DNA from: Pachysolen tannophilus NRRL Y-2460 | Lineage: Eukaryota | Length of the DNA stretch: 64,000 nucleotides | NCBI GenBank assembly: GCA_001661245.1 | Contig: KV454012.1 | Span: 1,260,848 to 1,324,847, forward strand | Direction of reading: 5' to 3' | Part shown: piece after piece, positions 43,453 through 55,377 of the stretch | How the letters are laid out: every line of letters begins with the position of its first letter | How positions within the stretch are numbered: the stretch's first letter is position 1 | Translations under genes and position numbers: made by a program | The notes under the pieces: model-generated | The model's input: the letters and a program-made list of their open reading frames with translations, nothing else | What the model was told of the DNA's origin: nothing | Databases searched by the model: none

Positions 43453-45924
43453 ATGCAATCATTTCATCATAATAATCAACAGAGCTCGTTGAATGATAGC
43501 GTGGTAGAGAGTCGGCATCAGCATCAGCATCAGCATCAGCATCAGCAGCAGCTGATGCTGATGCATCCGAATTCGAATCCGAATCATCAGCAAAATCAGC
43601 AACAACAGCAGCAGCAGCAACAACAAGAGCAGCAGCAGCATCAGTTGCCGCCAATACAACACCCGCATAATCATAGTCTACTGCATCAGCAACAGGTAGC
43701 GGCACCACCTTTATATCATCCTCCTCATATTATGCTGACAACAGCGTCGATACCTCCTTCGATGCAGCATCAGCATCAGCAACAACAGCAACAACAGCAG
43801 TATTATTCTTTGCCTCTTCCAGGTGGTGCAGGTGCTGGTGGTGCCGGTGTTGGTGCCGGTGGTAGTATTAGTGCATCAACTACAGGTAATAGTGTTGGTG
43901 GTGCGGGAACCGATAGCGCCATGGCTTCTAAAAATACTGGTGAAAAACCACCATCTATACCGCAAGAACGGCATTCACGAGGGTTGACCTTATCGGATAA
44001 TAATTCAGTTCAACGGTTAGCTGCTTCTGCTAGTCCAAATTCAAAGACAACTTTGACAGCAAGAAGAGGCCCTTGGGCTCCAGATGAAGATAGTAGATTA
44101 TTGGATTTGGTTGCCTTATTAGGTGCAAGAAATTGGGTAAGAATTTCAGTTGCCTTGGGTTCAAGAACTCCAAAACAATGCAGAGAAAGGTACCATCAAA
44201 ATTTGAAACCTTCTTTAAATAGATCCCCTATAACTCCAGAGGAAGGTGCTTTAATCGAAGAACTTGTTGCAAAATTCGGTAAAAGGTGGGCTGAAATAGC
44301 TCGCCATTTAAATGGAAGAAGCGATAATGCTATCAAAAATTGGTGGAATGGAGGTGCCAATAGAAGAAGAAGAGCAACTTCAGTGACATCAGAAACTACA
44401 ACAACATCAGGTCTATTAGATGCGGAATTACTGCGTGATCAGGAAAGCAAGTTGACAGAACAACAACAATCTTTCCAACCTACGACAGCTTCTGTCGCTT
44501 TCAATACTCAGATATTTGGTGGAAATGGACAACCTTCCCAGCACCAAGGATCACAACCAACAGGTCCAGGGAAACTACAGTCTCTACAACAACAACAACA
44601 ACAACAATTTGTTCAACCAACTCAACGGTCTGCAAGTTTTGATTTCCGTTTCCCAATGAGCGTTGATTCTTCCGGACTTCAAGGACCAGCGGCAATACAA
44701 TCTCAACAAGTTCAGCAACAGCAGCAACTTCAACCACCTCCGCCTCAATTCCCACCTCCTTCTAATCTTGTACAACAACACATAAATGGTGGATTCCCGG
44801 TAGCTAACAACATCCGCAAGCGGATATTGATTGATGAACATCAGCCATTGAGAAGACATTCAGTGGCTACTATTGGAGGTCCAATCTTTCAAAGTTATAA
44901 CAACCCTAGTGCGCTTTCTTTTAGCAATACAACCACGTCATCTTCCCCATTATCCCATCCCCCGAGTATCAGTTCAAGGAATAGCTCAATTTCTCATGAA
45001 TTTTCTGGTTTATCAACTTTTTCAAATTACTTATCAGATGGTGCCAATTCTGCAGCTACTTCGAGGAGGTCTTCATATTTATCCCTGCACCAACAATTTC
45101 AGCAACAGCAGCAACAACTGCAACAACAACAACAACATGAACCCAACAATTTTACTGGATTACATCACAGAAAAAACTTGTCTCTGCAGTCAATCTCAAA
45201 TGCTGCTCCAGTTCCAGCTTCTGCTGCTGCTGCTGCTTCCACAGCCAATGCTAATAGTACAAATTCCACAACGGCGGCAGCAACATCTACCTACATTTCA
45301 CCTTCATTGGTTCCATATAGATATTCTATTTCCGGGTTAACACCAATGTCTACTTCAAATGTGAAATTACCTCCATTGTCACCACGCACATTTGTATCAG
45401 CAAATACTCATAATAACACGAATAATGGAATTAGTAGGAAAAGTAGCGTTCCATCAATTCTTGTTAATGAAAATAAACTTCCTCCATTATCACTTGGACA
45501 ATGTCCACCTCCACAAAATTCGAGTATACAGCAAAATCCAGCAAACCTGGAAAATACTGATAATAAGTCAAATACTGGAGAGAGTGTACATACTGTTACG
45601 GCAAATGTACCTAATGACACCGTATTCAAGAGAGAATTCTCGTTTGCAAACGCAACTAAAAAAACATTGGCGAACGATGATAGTAATGATCATAACAACA
45701 ACAACAACAATAATAATAAAGATGATCAGGAAAAAAGGGAAGAAGCAGAAGCAAGTGGAGGCGAAACTACAAATGATCCAAGGGAAAAAGATGTTGTTAT
45801 GGTGGATGCAGATAGAAAGGATGTGGGTATTTCATTATCACAACAAATGTCTTCTGATAAGTCTCAAGGATCAAAAAATGAAGAGGATAAGAAAAGAATG
45901 TCTATTTCTAATTTATTGGCCTAG
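43453..45924 (+). CDS. R2R3 Myb transcription factor, FlbD-like, polyQ-rich
   Basis: RRGPWAPDED...NWVRIS...RTPKQCRERYHQNLKP...GKRWAEIARHLNGRSDNAIKNWWNG; C-terminal RMSISNLL. Confidence 0.9.
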   Translation: MQSFHHNNQQSSLNDSVVESRHQHQHQHQHQQQLMLMHPNSNPNHQQNQQQQQQQQQQEQQQHQLPPIQHPHNHSLLHQQQVAAPPLYHPPHIMLTTASIPPSMQHQHQQQQQQQQYYSLPLPGGAGAGGAGVGAGGSISASTTGNSVGGAGTDSAMASKNTGEKPPSIPQERHSRGLTLSDNNSVQRLAASASPNSKTTLTARRGPWAPDEDSRLLDLVALLGARNWVRISVALGSRTPKQCRERYHQNLKPSLNRSPITPEEGALIEELVAKFGKRWAEIARHLNGRSDNAIKNWWNGGANRRRRATSVTSETTTTSGLLDAELLRDQESKLTEQQQSFQPTTASVAFNTQIFGGNGQPSQHQGSQPTGPGKLQSLQQQQQQQFVQPTQRSASFDFRFPMSVDSSGLQGPAAIQSQQVQQQQQLQPPPPQFPPPSNLVQQHINGGFPVANNIRKRILIDEHQPLRRHSVATIGGPIFQSYNNPSALSFSNTTTSSSPLSHPPSISSRNSSISHEFSGLSTFSNYLSDGANSAATSRRSSYLSLHQQFQQQQQQLQQQQQHEPNNFTGLHHRKNLSLQSISNAAPVPASAAAAASTANANSTNSTTAAATSTYISPSLVPYRYSISGLTPMSTSNVKLPPLSPRTFVSANTHNNTNNGISRKSSVPSILVNENKLPPLSLGQCPPPQNSSIQQNPANLENTDNKSNTGESVHTVTANVPNDTVFKREFSFANATKKTLANDDSNDHNNNNNNNNKDDQEKREEAEASGGETTNDPREKDVVMVDADRKDVGISLSQQMSSDKSQGSKNEEDKKRMSISNLLA

Positions 45925-46764
45925 GTGTAGGTGACAAAGAGATGAACAAGAAAAAATACAAAAAAACAAAAAAAGAAACCTAGTTTTATTTCTTTTGATG
46001 TTACAATTCAATTCAAGTCCCACTTTTATATAGATTTATGTTTCCGCTTTAATCTTTACGTTGGTGAAAGGCTGTTAACCTACTTTTCACATTTCTGATG
46101 TACATAATGATTGTTTTACACTTTTCTTTTTTGTTACTTTTACTTGTTCTGTTATATTATCTTACGCAACTCCCAAAACTGATTTGTTTCTATTAATAAT
46201 AAAATTTTTATATATTCATATATATTCCAAGTTTGTATTTTCTGATCCTAAAATCATCATTTCTAATAAATGCAGGATTAGGTTCTTACAAAGCTCGGAT
46301 ATAAAAAATTAATAATATTATTTTAAAATGAAATTTTTGCTAAAAAAGGGAAATGAAAAAGAAAATTACAACAGACAATTAAAACAATGGTTAAAACCAT
46401 CTAACGATAACTTACTATTATTTGTATTTGTATAACTTTTTTTTTTTTTCATTCTTTTTTTAACGTTGATGAAAAAATATTTCAAATAATTTCAGGTCTA
46501 AGATGAGAAACTTCCAGGAACTTCAAACATTAGACGACAACATATACAAAAACAACAACGACATTAGCAACAATATAATTCCAACAACACCAGATTAGAC
46601 GTCTAAAAAAATAGAAATAGATAACGAAAAAGAAAAGAAACTTTTGAACTTTTTTGTTTTGTATTATTGATTTATTTATTTATTTTATTAATTTTGTTTT
46701 TCTTTCTTTTTTTTTTTTTTTTTTTTTTTTTTTCTTTTCTCATTTGTTTTCTTTGTATAGAAAT

Positions 46765-48417
46765 TCAACTTAATACAGCTAATATTTGTTCACTTAAATT
46801 CAAAATATCATCTCCTCCATTTTCGCTGTCATTGCCATTACTATTTGTAGTATTATTAAGATTTTGCTGATGAATTAAAGTTATCAGTTGTTTTAAAGAG
46901 GAATTTTTGATACTGTTAACAACGGCTGCATTATTGGATTCCAATAATTGGAAAACGGTCCATAGCGAAATGTGTTCGAATGTTGAATTACCACTTTTTA
47001 AAAATCTTATCAAGAATCCGTATATACCATCATTTGGTTCGGACCAATTTTTCAAAACTGCAGAGTAATCATCAATTCTAGAGCAAAGATTGGCTAATGC
47101 AGCTGCAGAGTTACCACAAACTTCACCATTTGAAGAAAAAGTTAATGGAATCAAAGTATCAATAATACCTAATTTTAACAACTTTGTCTTTAAATCATCA
47201 GCTAATGCCAAGATTGCAAAACAGGCGGATATTTCACTTTGAACAGAAATTGGTGAATTTAATACCAATTCTTTACATTTTTTAACTGCACCTGCTTCTA
47301 ATAATGCAAGACGATTTCTTTCACTACTTGCAGCCAAATTTCTTAAAGTTGAAACTGCATGGCATTGTATTTCCTCTGATTCTGTATAATCTAATAATGA
47401 AACCAAAGGTTTTAAGAAACCTGCATCAATAATTAAAGCTTCATTTAAAGGATGAATAGATATATTTCTTATGCAAGCAACAGCTGCTAATACTAAAGGT
47501 TGATGAGTTGATTGTAATAAAGTTACCAAATTTGGTAAGCCGCCAGATCTTACAATTTCTAATTGATAATTTGAATCTGAAGCCAAGTTACGTAAAGCTA
47601 ATGTTGCCTGACATTGAACTCTTGGACTTGAAGAATCCATCAATTGAACCAATTGATTGACTAATTTTGGTTCTGAAGTAGATAATTTTTTACGATTAAC
47701 TTCATCAACGGCTATATTTGATAACGCTGTTGTACAATAATATTGAACATCTGGATCTCCACTTGATAATAATTGAACCAATACAGGTACCGCTCCTGCA
47801 TTTACCAATTCTTGTCTATTTTCTAACGAATGTGTCATATTTAACAAAGCACCTGTTGCATTTCTTTGAACTCTTAAATCTTTTGATTTCAGTAATTTTG
47901 TTAATGGAATTAATGCACCTGATTTTGCAATTTTAGCTTTATTATGATCTTGAGTAGCTAAATTTGTTATACATCCAACGGCGTTACACTGAACTTCAAT
48001 GTTTGATGACATCATTTGTTTAATTAAAGGTTCTAAACCACCCATTTCAACTATTAACAGTTTATTTTCATTATTAACAGCTAAATTACCCAATGCAGCA
48101 CAAGCAGCTCTTTGAACTTCTGCATCACTACTTTGTAATAATATTAATAAAGGTTCCAAAACATCTCTATCAACTGTTCTAACATCTTTTTCAGTAATTT
48201 CAGCAAACAGTAACGCGGCACTTCTTTGTAAATCAACATTTTCTGAATATACCAATGTACTTAATGCTCTTAAAGGACCATCACTGAAAAAATCAACTTC
48301 TGTTCGATTTTCTAAAAATTGTAAAAGTGCAGAAATTGCTTCACGTTCATTATCAGCCAACAATGGAGGATTTCGTTCTTGACTATCATCTCTTAAACAA
48401 CTACAACAAGCACCCAT
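46765..48417 (-). CDS. VAC8: Armadillo-repeat vacuolar protein Vac8; ATG at 48417
   Basis: MGACCSC myristoylation/palmitoylation N-terminus, ARM repeats ([42 protein letters not shown]). Confidence 0.97.
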   Translation of the reverse strand: MGACCSCLRDDSQERNPPLLADNEREAISALLQFLENRTEVDFFSDGPLRALSTLVYSENVDLQRSAALLFAEITEKDVRTVDRDVLEPLLILLQSSDAEVQRAACAALGNLAVNNENKLLIVEMGGLEPLIKQMMSSNIEVQCNAVGCITNLATQDHNKAKIAKSGALIPLTKLLKSKDLRVQRNATGALLNMTHSLENRQELVNAGAVPVLVQLLSSGDPDVQYYCTTALSNIAVDEVNRKKLSTSEPKLVNQLVQLMDSSSPRVQCQATLALRNLASDSNYQLEIVRSGGLPNLVTLLQSTHQPLVLAAVACIRNISIHPLNEALIIDAGFLKPLVSLLDYTESEEIQCHAVSTLRNLAASSERNRLALLEAGAVKKCKELVLNSPISVQSEISACFAILALADDLKTKLLKLGIIDTLIPLTFSSNGEVCGNSAAALANLCSRIDDYSAVLKNWSEPNDGIYGFLIRFLKSGNSTFEHISLWTVFQLLESNNAAVVNSIKNSSLKQLITLIHQQNLNNTTNSNGNDSENGGDDILNLSEQILAVLS

Positions 48418-49195
48418 GATCAATCGTTATATATGGCCAAACAAAATAATAATAATGAAAAAAAATTTTTGTAATAAATTATATGTTACAAATACCTTGA
48501 TTGTTCACTGCTTTGCTTTAAAAGAGAGAAAAATAAAAGAATAATATTTCTTTTCTTTTTTTTTTTCTTGTTTGTTTGTTTGTTCGTATAACCAATTAAT
48601 AATTTTAAATCTATCAGCTCAATTTTACTGATAAATATAAATTTAAATTAATTTTAACCAATAAATTATAATAACAACAACAACAGAAATTTATAATTAA
48701 TACTTCAATCAAAATCAAATTCCAAAGAATTAATATTAAAGCCACTGATGATAACTCCAATAATGAAAATACAACCTGATTAAGATAATATTTTATCTAT
48801 CTATATATATATATATATGTATATTTATATACACATATATATATATATATGTATTATCGTTAGCTTAACTAAAAATGATAAAAATGATAGAAATTTAATC
48901 GGCGCTTACAACAAATGCAAGAAACCCACAATTATTACCAATCAACCCAACTATAACAACTCTTCTGAAACAAATGAGCTTACTTCTACAACAAATCCTG
49001 TTCTTAAATTATCAATAATTTTCAATTAAAAAAATAATATTACTATCAATTTATTATATATATATTTAAAGATTATATTTTTTACTTATCATCAAAATGA
49101 TCATTTAGGAAAGAGCAAAACAAATTGTTCAAATTGGCCACGACCTTTTGTTCCCTCTATATAACAGTAGAGAAGAAGAAGAAGAAGTTATTCTG

Positions 49196-51028
49196 TTATT
49201 CTTCTTTGGAGGATACTTCTAGTTTGATGCACCATTCGTTTGTGAACCATTGTCTTCCAAATTTGCGTAAGGATCCCTTTGTGAGGATTTTCTTTGGCAA
49301 GCCAATGTCTATGAGATAATGAATTGCGTCACCAGTATGGATTATACCATAACCGTACAAATTGAGTAATGAGTTTAATGGTAAACCCATTGATACTATG
49401 AATTTTGCGTCGATGAATACACCTTCTTCTTGATGAGTTGAGTCAAGTTTGCCCAAGTTTGTTAATTGACCGGAGCCAGCATCTAGACCTGTTGGGATAT
49501 CAATTGAAAGTTTATTACAATGTTGTTTATTACACCATTCGATAAGATTTATTGCTTTCAGTAATTCATTATCCATCAAGTCTGAAAGATTTGTATCAAA
49601 ACCTTGAAGACCATCAACTATAAGTTCTAGAGGTGAATCGACTTTGTTTAAAATGTTTTTCAATTGATTCAAATTGAAAACAGGTTTTCCTCCAAATTTT
49701 TCAAATAAAGTTAATTGTTTTGAAACTATTTTAATTAATTCATCATCATCACTATCACTATCATTGATTAAAAATGCAATCACTCTTATCCCATGGTTTG
49801 TTAGTTGTCTTCCAGTGGCTAATGCTTTTGCACCTGTTCGATTATTACCAACAAGAATTAAAATCATTGGAGGTGAATTAACATTACCTCTATTATTTCC
49901 ATCAATAATAATATTATTACCCATTCTACCTGTTGTACCACCTAAAAGTTGAATTATTAATCCACTTAATCCTCTACTTGCATTTTCCACTATTAAAGAA
50001 GAATCATATCCATATTCATCCTGTGAAAGCCTTTCAATTTCTAATAAATTTATAGGACTACACAAGGGAAGTGGTGATTTTGATGATTCTAATGTCATTG
50101 CAAATAAAGATCCAGACAATGGAGTTGAGGTGGAAAGTCTTGAAGGTATGGATTGCTGTCTTTGTTGATAATTACTCAAAGATTCATGCTTATTGCTTGT
50201 ATCATTAGTATTTGCATTTATAGAATCCCAATTAGCTTCCCAGTTAGATTCACGTTTAACCATTTCATGGTTATCATAATTAACTTTTTTCACATTAACA
50301 TTAATTTCTTGATTAGGAGTAATTGCCTTTGCCCGTGCACCAGCACCAGCACCAGCACCCGCTGCCATTGCACCTGCTGCAATGGTACCGGCACCAGCTG
50401 CTGTTTGTGCACTTGCACCTGCTGGCGTGGATGGTGTTGAATTGATCTTGTTATGACCAACTAATCGTGATGAAGGATCAGTATTATCATTCAACGAAAG
50501 TTCTGCAAATACAGATGATTTATCAAATTTAGCTAGATTCGATTGGAAATCAAAATCAGTATCCAAATCAACTTCATCTGAAGAAAAATTATTATTTTGA
50601 TTTTGTTGTTTTTTAATTTTAGATTTTTTTAATTGACCATTCAATAATCTAGGCGAATTCGTAGGAGATCTTATATTTGCCGAAGAAGCTGTAGGAGTGT
50701 TTGCACCTCCCAATGCCAATATAGCATCATCTTCAAGATCACCATTTTGTGATGCCAAAGAATTTTGTTGTTGTTGTTGTTGCTGTCTTTTACCTTTTTT
50801 CTTATTAACACCCTTCTTCCCATTCTTCAACTTAGCAGGCAAATCTATTACAACTAAATCTTTTATCTGATTACCATCAACTGAAAAACTCTTGAAAACT
50901 TTATCCGAACCAACCATTGTCACATCATCCAAATTTAAAGTTTTTTCAAAAACATTTGAAATAACACCTTTTAATTGAACATTGTCATTTAAATCCAACT
51001 GCACTTTATAACCTACAAACAGGCTCAT
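49196..51028 (-). CDS. EDC3: Enhancer of mRNA decapping Edc3
   Basis: N-terminal LSm, DFDFQSNLAKFDKSSVF (FDF), RLVGHN, C-terminal YjeF-N. Confidence 0.92.
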   Translation of the reverse strand: MSLFVGYKVQLDLNDNVQLKGVISNVFEKTLNLDDVTMVGSDKVFKSFSVDGNQIKDLVVIDLPAKLKNGKKGVNKKKGKRQQQQQQQNSLASQNGDLEDDAILALGGANTPTASSANIRSPTNSPRLLNGQLKKSKIKKQQNQNNNFSSDEVDLDTDFDFQSNLAKFDKSSVFAELSLNDNTDPSSRLVGHNKINSTPSTPAGASAQTAAGAGTIAAGAMAAGAGAGAGARAKAITPNQEINVNVKKVNYDNHEMVKRESNWEANWDSINANTNDTSNKHESLSNYQQRQQSIPSRLSTSTPLSGSLFAMTLESSKSPLPLCSPINLLEIERLSQDEYGYDSSLIVENASRGLSGLIIQLLGGTTGRMGNNIIIDGNNRGNVNSPPMILILVGNNRTGAKALATGRQLTNHGIRVIAFLINDSDSDDDELIKIVSKQLTLFEKFGGKPVFNLNQLKNILNKVDSPLELIVDGLQGFDTNLSDLMDNELLKAINLIEWCNKQHCNKLSIDIPTGLDAGSGQLTNLGKLDSTHQEEGVFIDAKFIVSMGLPLNSLLNLYGYGIIHTGDAIHYLIDIGLPKKILTKGSLRKFGRQWFTNEWCIKLEVSSKEE

Positions 51029-51441
51029 GATGCCTCGTTTTTATGCTTTTTCTTTCACTCTCTCTATTAAACTACTCTATCCAATCCAATTCAATCCAAT
51101 TAGATTAACAAATATTGCTTTACTTGCTTTTAATTTAGTTGATTCTTTTACAGTTGAAACGAAGAGTTTTTGAAAATTTTTCAAAAAATTCCCCGTCTTT
51201 AAATTTCCACCTTTTTTTTATTTTTTATTATACGTGAAGAATAGATAAAAAGATAAGAAGATAAGTTAAAAAAGAGATGGACAAATAAGATACAAAGAAG
51301 AAGTTTTAGCTGATTTGAATCATTTTACTAAAGGAAGAGAAGTAAAGAACTTAAGAAGAAGAAGAAGAAGGTTAAAAAAAAAAAAAGGTTAAAAGAAAGA
51401 GAGAGAGAGAGAGAGAAAGAGTAAGAGAGAATTAAGTTGAA

Positions 51442-53910
51442 ATGAATAATAAGGTAGTTACGAGATTGGAAGAATTGTTGGTGGTGCCTGCAATAATGGA
51501 AAATGGGATAGTGACGAATGAAGTTGTTGCGGATTGTGCTATATTATCATGTGGTTGTTTGATATCGGAAAGTCTTTATAACCGGTTGTTGGATGAAGGA
51601 ATCACAACTTCTGACACCACAACTTCTGGAAAGTATATAAGGTGTCCAACTTGTCAGAACAAGTTTTCGACTTATTTAGCTGATGCAACACAATTGAGAG
51701 CCTTGTTTACTATTGTTAGCGGTCTTAAAGAATCTAATAACTTTAATAATATTAATAATAATGATGCAATTTCAGATACTAGTGATACAGTTAAAAAGAA
51801 GTTGTCGTTATCTTCGAAAAGGAGAAGAAGTTCTGCAACGAGAAGAAATTCTTCTCATCATCAACAACTGCAACATGTGGATGATAGTCAAAAAGTTTCA
51901 TTATTGGCAGCATTCCATGAAATTGTATCAAATTTTAATAATAATTTGGGCGATAAAGATAATGATAATACAAGTGTTAAAAATAGTTATAAAGAACTTT
52001 CAACAACAAAGAATGAGGAAAATTTAATAAATACTTCGAGTACTTCTCCAAGTAATGTCGAGGATTGGATTGCAACGATAAATGATTCTACAGATTTGAA
52101 ATCGTTTAGTAAAAATAGTTCCTCTATTGGACGACAGAATGATATCAACCCCGGATGCACGAATCCAGAATTATCTCCAATTTCAATACCGAGTAAAGAA
52201 TATTCAGGTACTGACACCGCTGAGATTTCAAATAAGTCTCCAACAGCACGGAAAAATTCAATTTCAAATCTTTCACAAGCTTTAAGGCAGCAGCTGCTGC
52301 TACAACAACAACAACAACAGCAAGAACAAGAACTGCTGCTGGAGCAACAGCAAGTCTCTGCACCACACGCGCTATCATCTTTGGCCTCGTTATCATCATC
52401 AACGACAAAGCCGTTAACAAAATCTTCGTCAGCAACAGCAGTTGGAGGTACCACGGTTAATACATCTTCAATGACAACTACCCCATTACATAGATCGAAG
52501 ACCAATGACGAACTTTTATTCGCAAAAAATTTTCCTTTTTTCAAAAAACAATATCAATATAGCACACATGCATCCAAATTTTTTTTGAAAAATCGGTCAA
52601 CAAAGTTATTTATTAACAATGACATATCACCAAATTTACATAAATTTGTATTATTAACTGAGAAGAAATGGGAAGTGTACTCTATGAACCCTGATTTGCC
52701 TCAAGAAGCTCCAGAACTATATTGTTGTGGTAAAAATAGCGGCGAATATGGTATAAATTTTTCTCTGTTAGTTAAATCAAATATGGATGACTTTATAAAG
52801 AATAGTAATTATTCAAGTAAAACTGAGACTAAAGATGAAATGAAAGAAAAATTAGCAAATTGGGAACATTTGTTTTGTAAATTATCAAATAATTTTTTAA
52901 TAATTGCTGGAACTAGAGGTATCTTAAGAGTGTATGATCTTAATCAACATGGAAAACCGATTTATACTTATTGTTCAAAATTTCCAATTAGATGCATTGA
53001 CATTTCAGCAAATGAAAAATTCATAAGTTTAGGAATTACTGGGAAAGACAAATATACTGGATCTGAACAAGCATTGATAGTGTTGTTAAAAGTTGTTTGT
53101 TTCTTTAATGAAGACATTAATATGGATAATGATAATTTTAAAGATACACAGTACCTGTTTGGAGATTATAATTCTTTAGAACCTTCTGCAGCTGATCTAA
53201 GTTTAAAAGATGCCACATTTACGCAACCGAAATCGACATCACGGGAATTTGTATTCAGAGTAGATCCAATTACAATTACATTACCTTATAGAGATCCTAT
53301 AAATATTTTGCAATTCTCACCAAATTCACAATATTTATCATGTGCTACTGCTTTGGAGTCTCGTTTCATGATCATATCTATAACTGATCCAAATGAGCCG
53401 AAGTTGATCATGAAGTCTTTAAGATCGTTAGATACTTCTTTGGAAAGCGAAGGTATCACTGATTTGAATATCTTCCCTGATAATAGATTAATGGTTATCA
53501 CAAGTGTTGCTTATAACTCTTCTCCAATTATCATAGATACAAAAGTAAGTTCGATAAGCAATCTTCAAGGGATTGCTCAACCAATAATGCTTCTTCGAGT
53601 ATCGGAGGTTGGGTCTAACATCCACAAGGCTTGTGTAAGTCCAAGATGTGATGCTGTTGCATTTTTAGATAGAAATGGTTTAGTTTATTTAATGAGTTCT
53701 CCCCATATGGACGATAATGAAAACAAGAGAATTGTTATTGTTACAGAGGTTTCTAGTGCATATAGAATGAAAGAAGCTGCTACTATCAAATTTGATAAAG
53801 ATGGGTACAAATTATTCATTTTAGACAGGAAGGGAGTTTTATACATTGAGGATTTTACAGCTGGTTCTCCACAAAATCATGATATTACTAGATGTAAACT
53901 AATTTCCTGA
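51442..53910 (+). CDS. PTR3: SPS amino-acid sensor component Ptr3
   Basis: N-terminal LSCGCLISE...CPTC, WD40-like C-half with LPYRDPIN, RSLDTSLESEGITD. Confidence 0.85.
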   Translation: MNNKVVTRLEELLVVPAIMENGIVTNEVVADCAILSCGCLISESLYNRLLDEGITTSDTTTSGKYIRCPTCQNKFSTYLADATQLRALFTIVSGLKESNNFNNINNNDAISDTSDTVKKKLSLSSKRRRSSATRRNSSHHQQLQHVDDSQKVSLLAAFHEIVSNFNNNLGDKDNDNTSVKNSYKELSTTKNEENLINTSSTSPSNVEDWIATINDSTDLKSFSKNSSSIGRQNDINPGCTNPELSPISIPSKEYSGTDTAEISNKSPTARKNSISNLSQALRQQLLLQQQQQQQEQELLLEQQQVSAPHALSSLASLSSSTTKPLTKSSSATAVGGTTVNTSSMTTTPLHRSKTNDELLFAKNFPFFKKQYQYSTHASKFFLKNRSTKLFINNDISPNLHKFVLLTEKKWEVYSMNPDLPQEAPELYCCGKNSGEYGINFSLLVKSNMDDFIKNSNYSSKTETKDEMKEKLANWEHLFCKLSNNFLIIAGTRGILRVYDLNQHGKPIYTYCSKFPIRCIDISANEKFISLGITGKDKYTGSEQALIVLLKVVCFFNEDINMDNDNFKDTQYLFGDYNSLEPSAADLSLKDATFTQPKSTSREFVFRVDPITITLPYRDPINILQFSPNSQYLSCATALESRFMIISITDPNEPKLIMKSLRSLDTSLESEGITDLNIFPDNRLMVITSVAYNSSPIIIDTKVSSISNLQGIAQPIMLLRVSEVGSNIHKACVSPRCDAVAFLDRNGLVYLMSSPHMDDNENKRIVIVTEVSSAYRMKEAATIKFDKDGYKLFILDRKGVLYIEDFTAGSPQNHDITRCKLIS

Positions 53911-53970
53911 AATATATATATAATAACAATTATAAGGAAGAAAAAAAAAAAAAAGAAAAACCCATGAACA

Positions 53971-55377
53971 TTAATCAATATAATAATTTTTTTTCAAAAT
54001 ATCTTTTGAATAAATCATATCAAAAATTTGATGATGTAATTTTGTAGATGATAATCGTTTACTAGCTGTAGTTGTATTAAAAAATTTTGTTTGCCAAAAT
54101 TGTTTCCAAGTGATGAATAATTTTGATATTGAAAAATTGGTATCATAAAATCGATCCATTGATGATGAATCTAATAACATTGAATCTTTTGTGTTCAATG
54201 ATGGGGAATATTTAACTGTTAATCTTGAAATATTTACAAAATTGATTGATCTTGGTTCTTTAATGAAATAAGATTTCAATGTTTCTAGAAAAGTTTTTGA
54301 TTGATGTGATTTATTGATGTTTAAATTGTTATAATATTGAATATCTTTATAAATAGTATCATATAATTGATTTTTTAATAATATTGATAAACTTTCAGGA
54401 AAATTACAATTATTTGAAATTTGATTTTTAATAAAATTAATAAATATTAATTTTGTATCTCCACCTATATCTATTATTTGATTTTTTCCATTATTTTCAA
54501 TTATTTCATCATCATTTAAATATAATCCATTAATTTTTTCAATTTTTTCCTTTCTTAAATTATTTTCTCTTATAATATCAAATAATCCACAATTTATTAA
54601 TCCAATTTGATTTAAAAAATGTGAATTTATTATTCTTTGCCATTCATTTATTGGAATTTCATTTATAAGACCTTTAGGGAAATGAGTATAATCTGGAATA
54701 ATTAATATACTTTTTAAATTTAAATAATGTGAAATTGAATGTTGAAAAGGTTTAATTGGAGTTAAAAGAATTTGTTTAAATTTATTTAAAGAATCTTTTA
54801 TAGTTTTATTTGATTCATATGAAATCAATAAAGATCTAATATCAATTGAATCTTCCATTTCAATAATTTTTAATTCTTGTTCATTTGATACAGTAATATA
54901 AATAATAAAACTTCTTTGATTTAAATCTCTTATTAATTTTTGAATTGAATGATTTAAAGGTGATCCAATAATTAAAATAGTTTCATACCTTGCACCATTT
55001 GGTAATTTATTTGCTCTTCTTTTCCTAATTTTTTTATTTTCTTCATTTTCATGTATTTCTTTTAAAATATATGAACAAAGTAATAAAGAACCAGTTAATG
55101 ATAAAATTAATAATTTTTTATTTTTTGATACCCAATTACAACATGTTTCATAAGTACTAGGTGGTGGAACATCTACAACACCAGAACCATTTTTTCCAAA
55201 CAGATACCCATAGCCATTGGGTAACTTTTCCAACATTTTATTCGCATTACCAATAATACCTTCATTAATCTCTAAAGATTTAGATTTAATAATTTCAACA
55301 GAATTTGAAATTAACCCCGCCGAAGTAGAATAAACCATATAAACGGAATCAAATACCCGATCTATTGGATCCGACAT
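53971..55377 (-). CDS. YSC83: DUF1776 / Ysc83-like membrane protein
   Basis: TM helix followed by RKRRANKLPNGARYETILIIGSP; divergent from YSC84 as in S. cerevisiae. Confidence 0.75.
   Translation of the reverse strand: MSDPIDRVFDSVYMVYSTSAGLISNSVEIIKSKSLEINEGIIGNANKMLEKLPNGYGYLFGKNGSGVVDVPPPSTYETCCNWVSKNKKLLILSLTGSLLLCSYILKEIHENEENKKIRKRRANKLPNGARYETILIIGSPLNHSIQKLIRDLNQRSFIIYITVSNEQELKIIEMEDSIDIRSLLISYESNKTIKDSLNKFKQILLTPIKPFQHSISHYLNLKSILIIPDYTHFPKGLINEIPINEWQRIINSHFLNQIGLINCGLFDIIRENNLRKEKIEKINGLYLNDDEIIENNGKNQIIDIGGDTKLIFINFIKNQISNNCNFPESLSILLKNQLYDTIYKDIQYYNNLNINKSHQSKTFLETLKSYFIKEPRSINFVNISRLTVKYSPSLNTKDSMLLDSSSMDRFYDTNFSISKLFITWKQFWQTKFFNTTTASKRLSSTKLHHQIFDMIYSKDILKKNYYID

Noticed and set aside
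43385..45934. Multiple short overlapping ORFs on the Myb gene (similar ones on KIC1, IMH1, PTR3, ENP2)
   Set aside because: Frame and antisense shadows of trinucleotide-rich coding sequence
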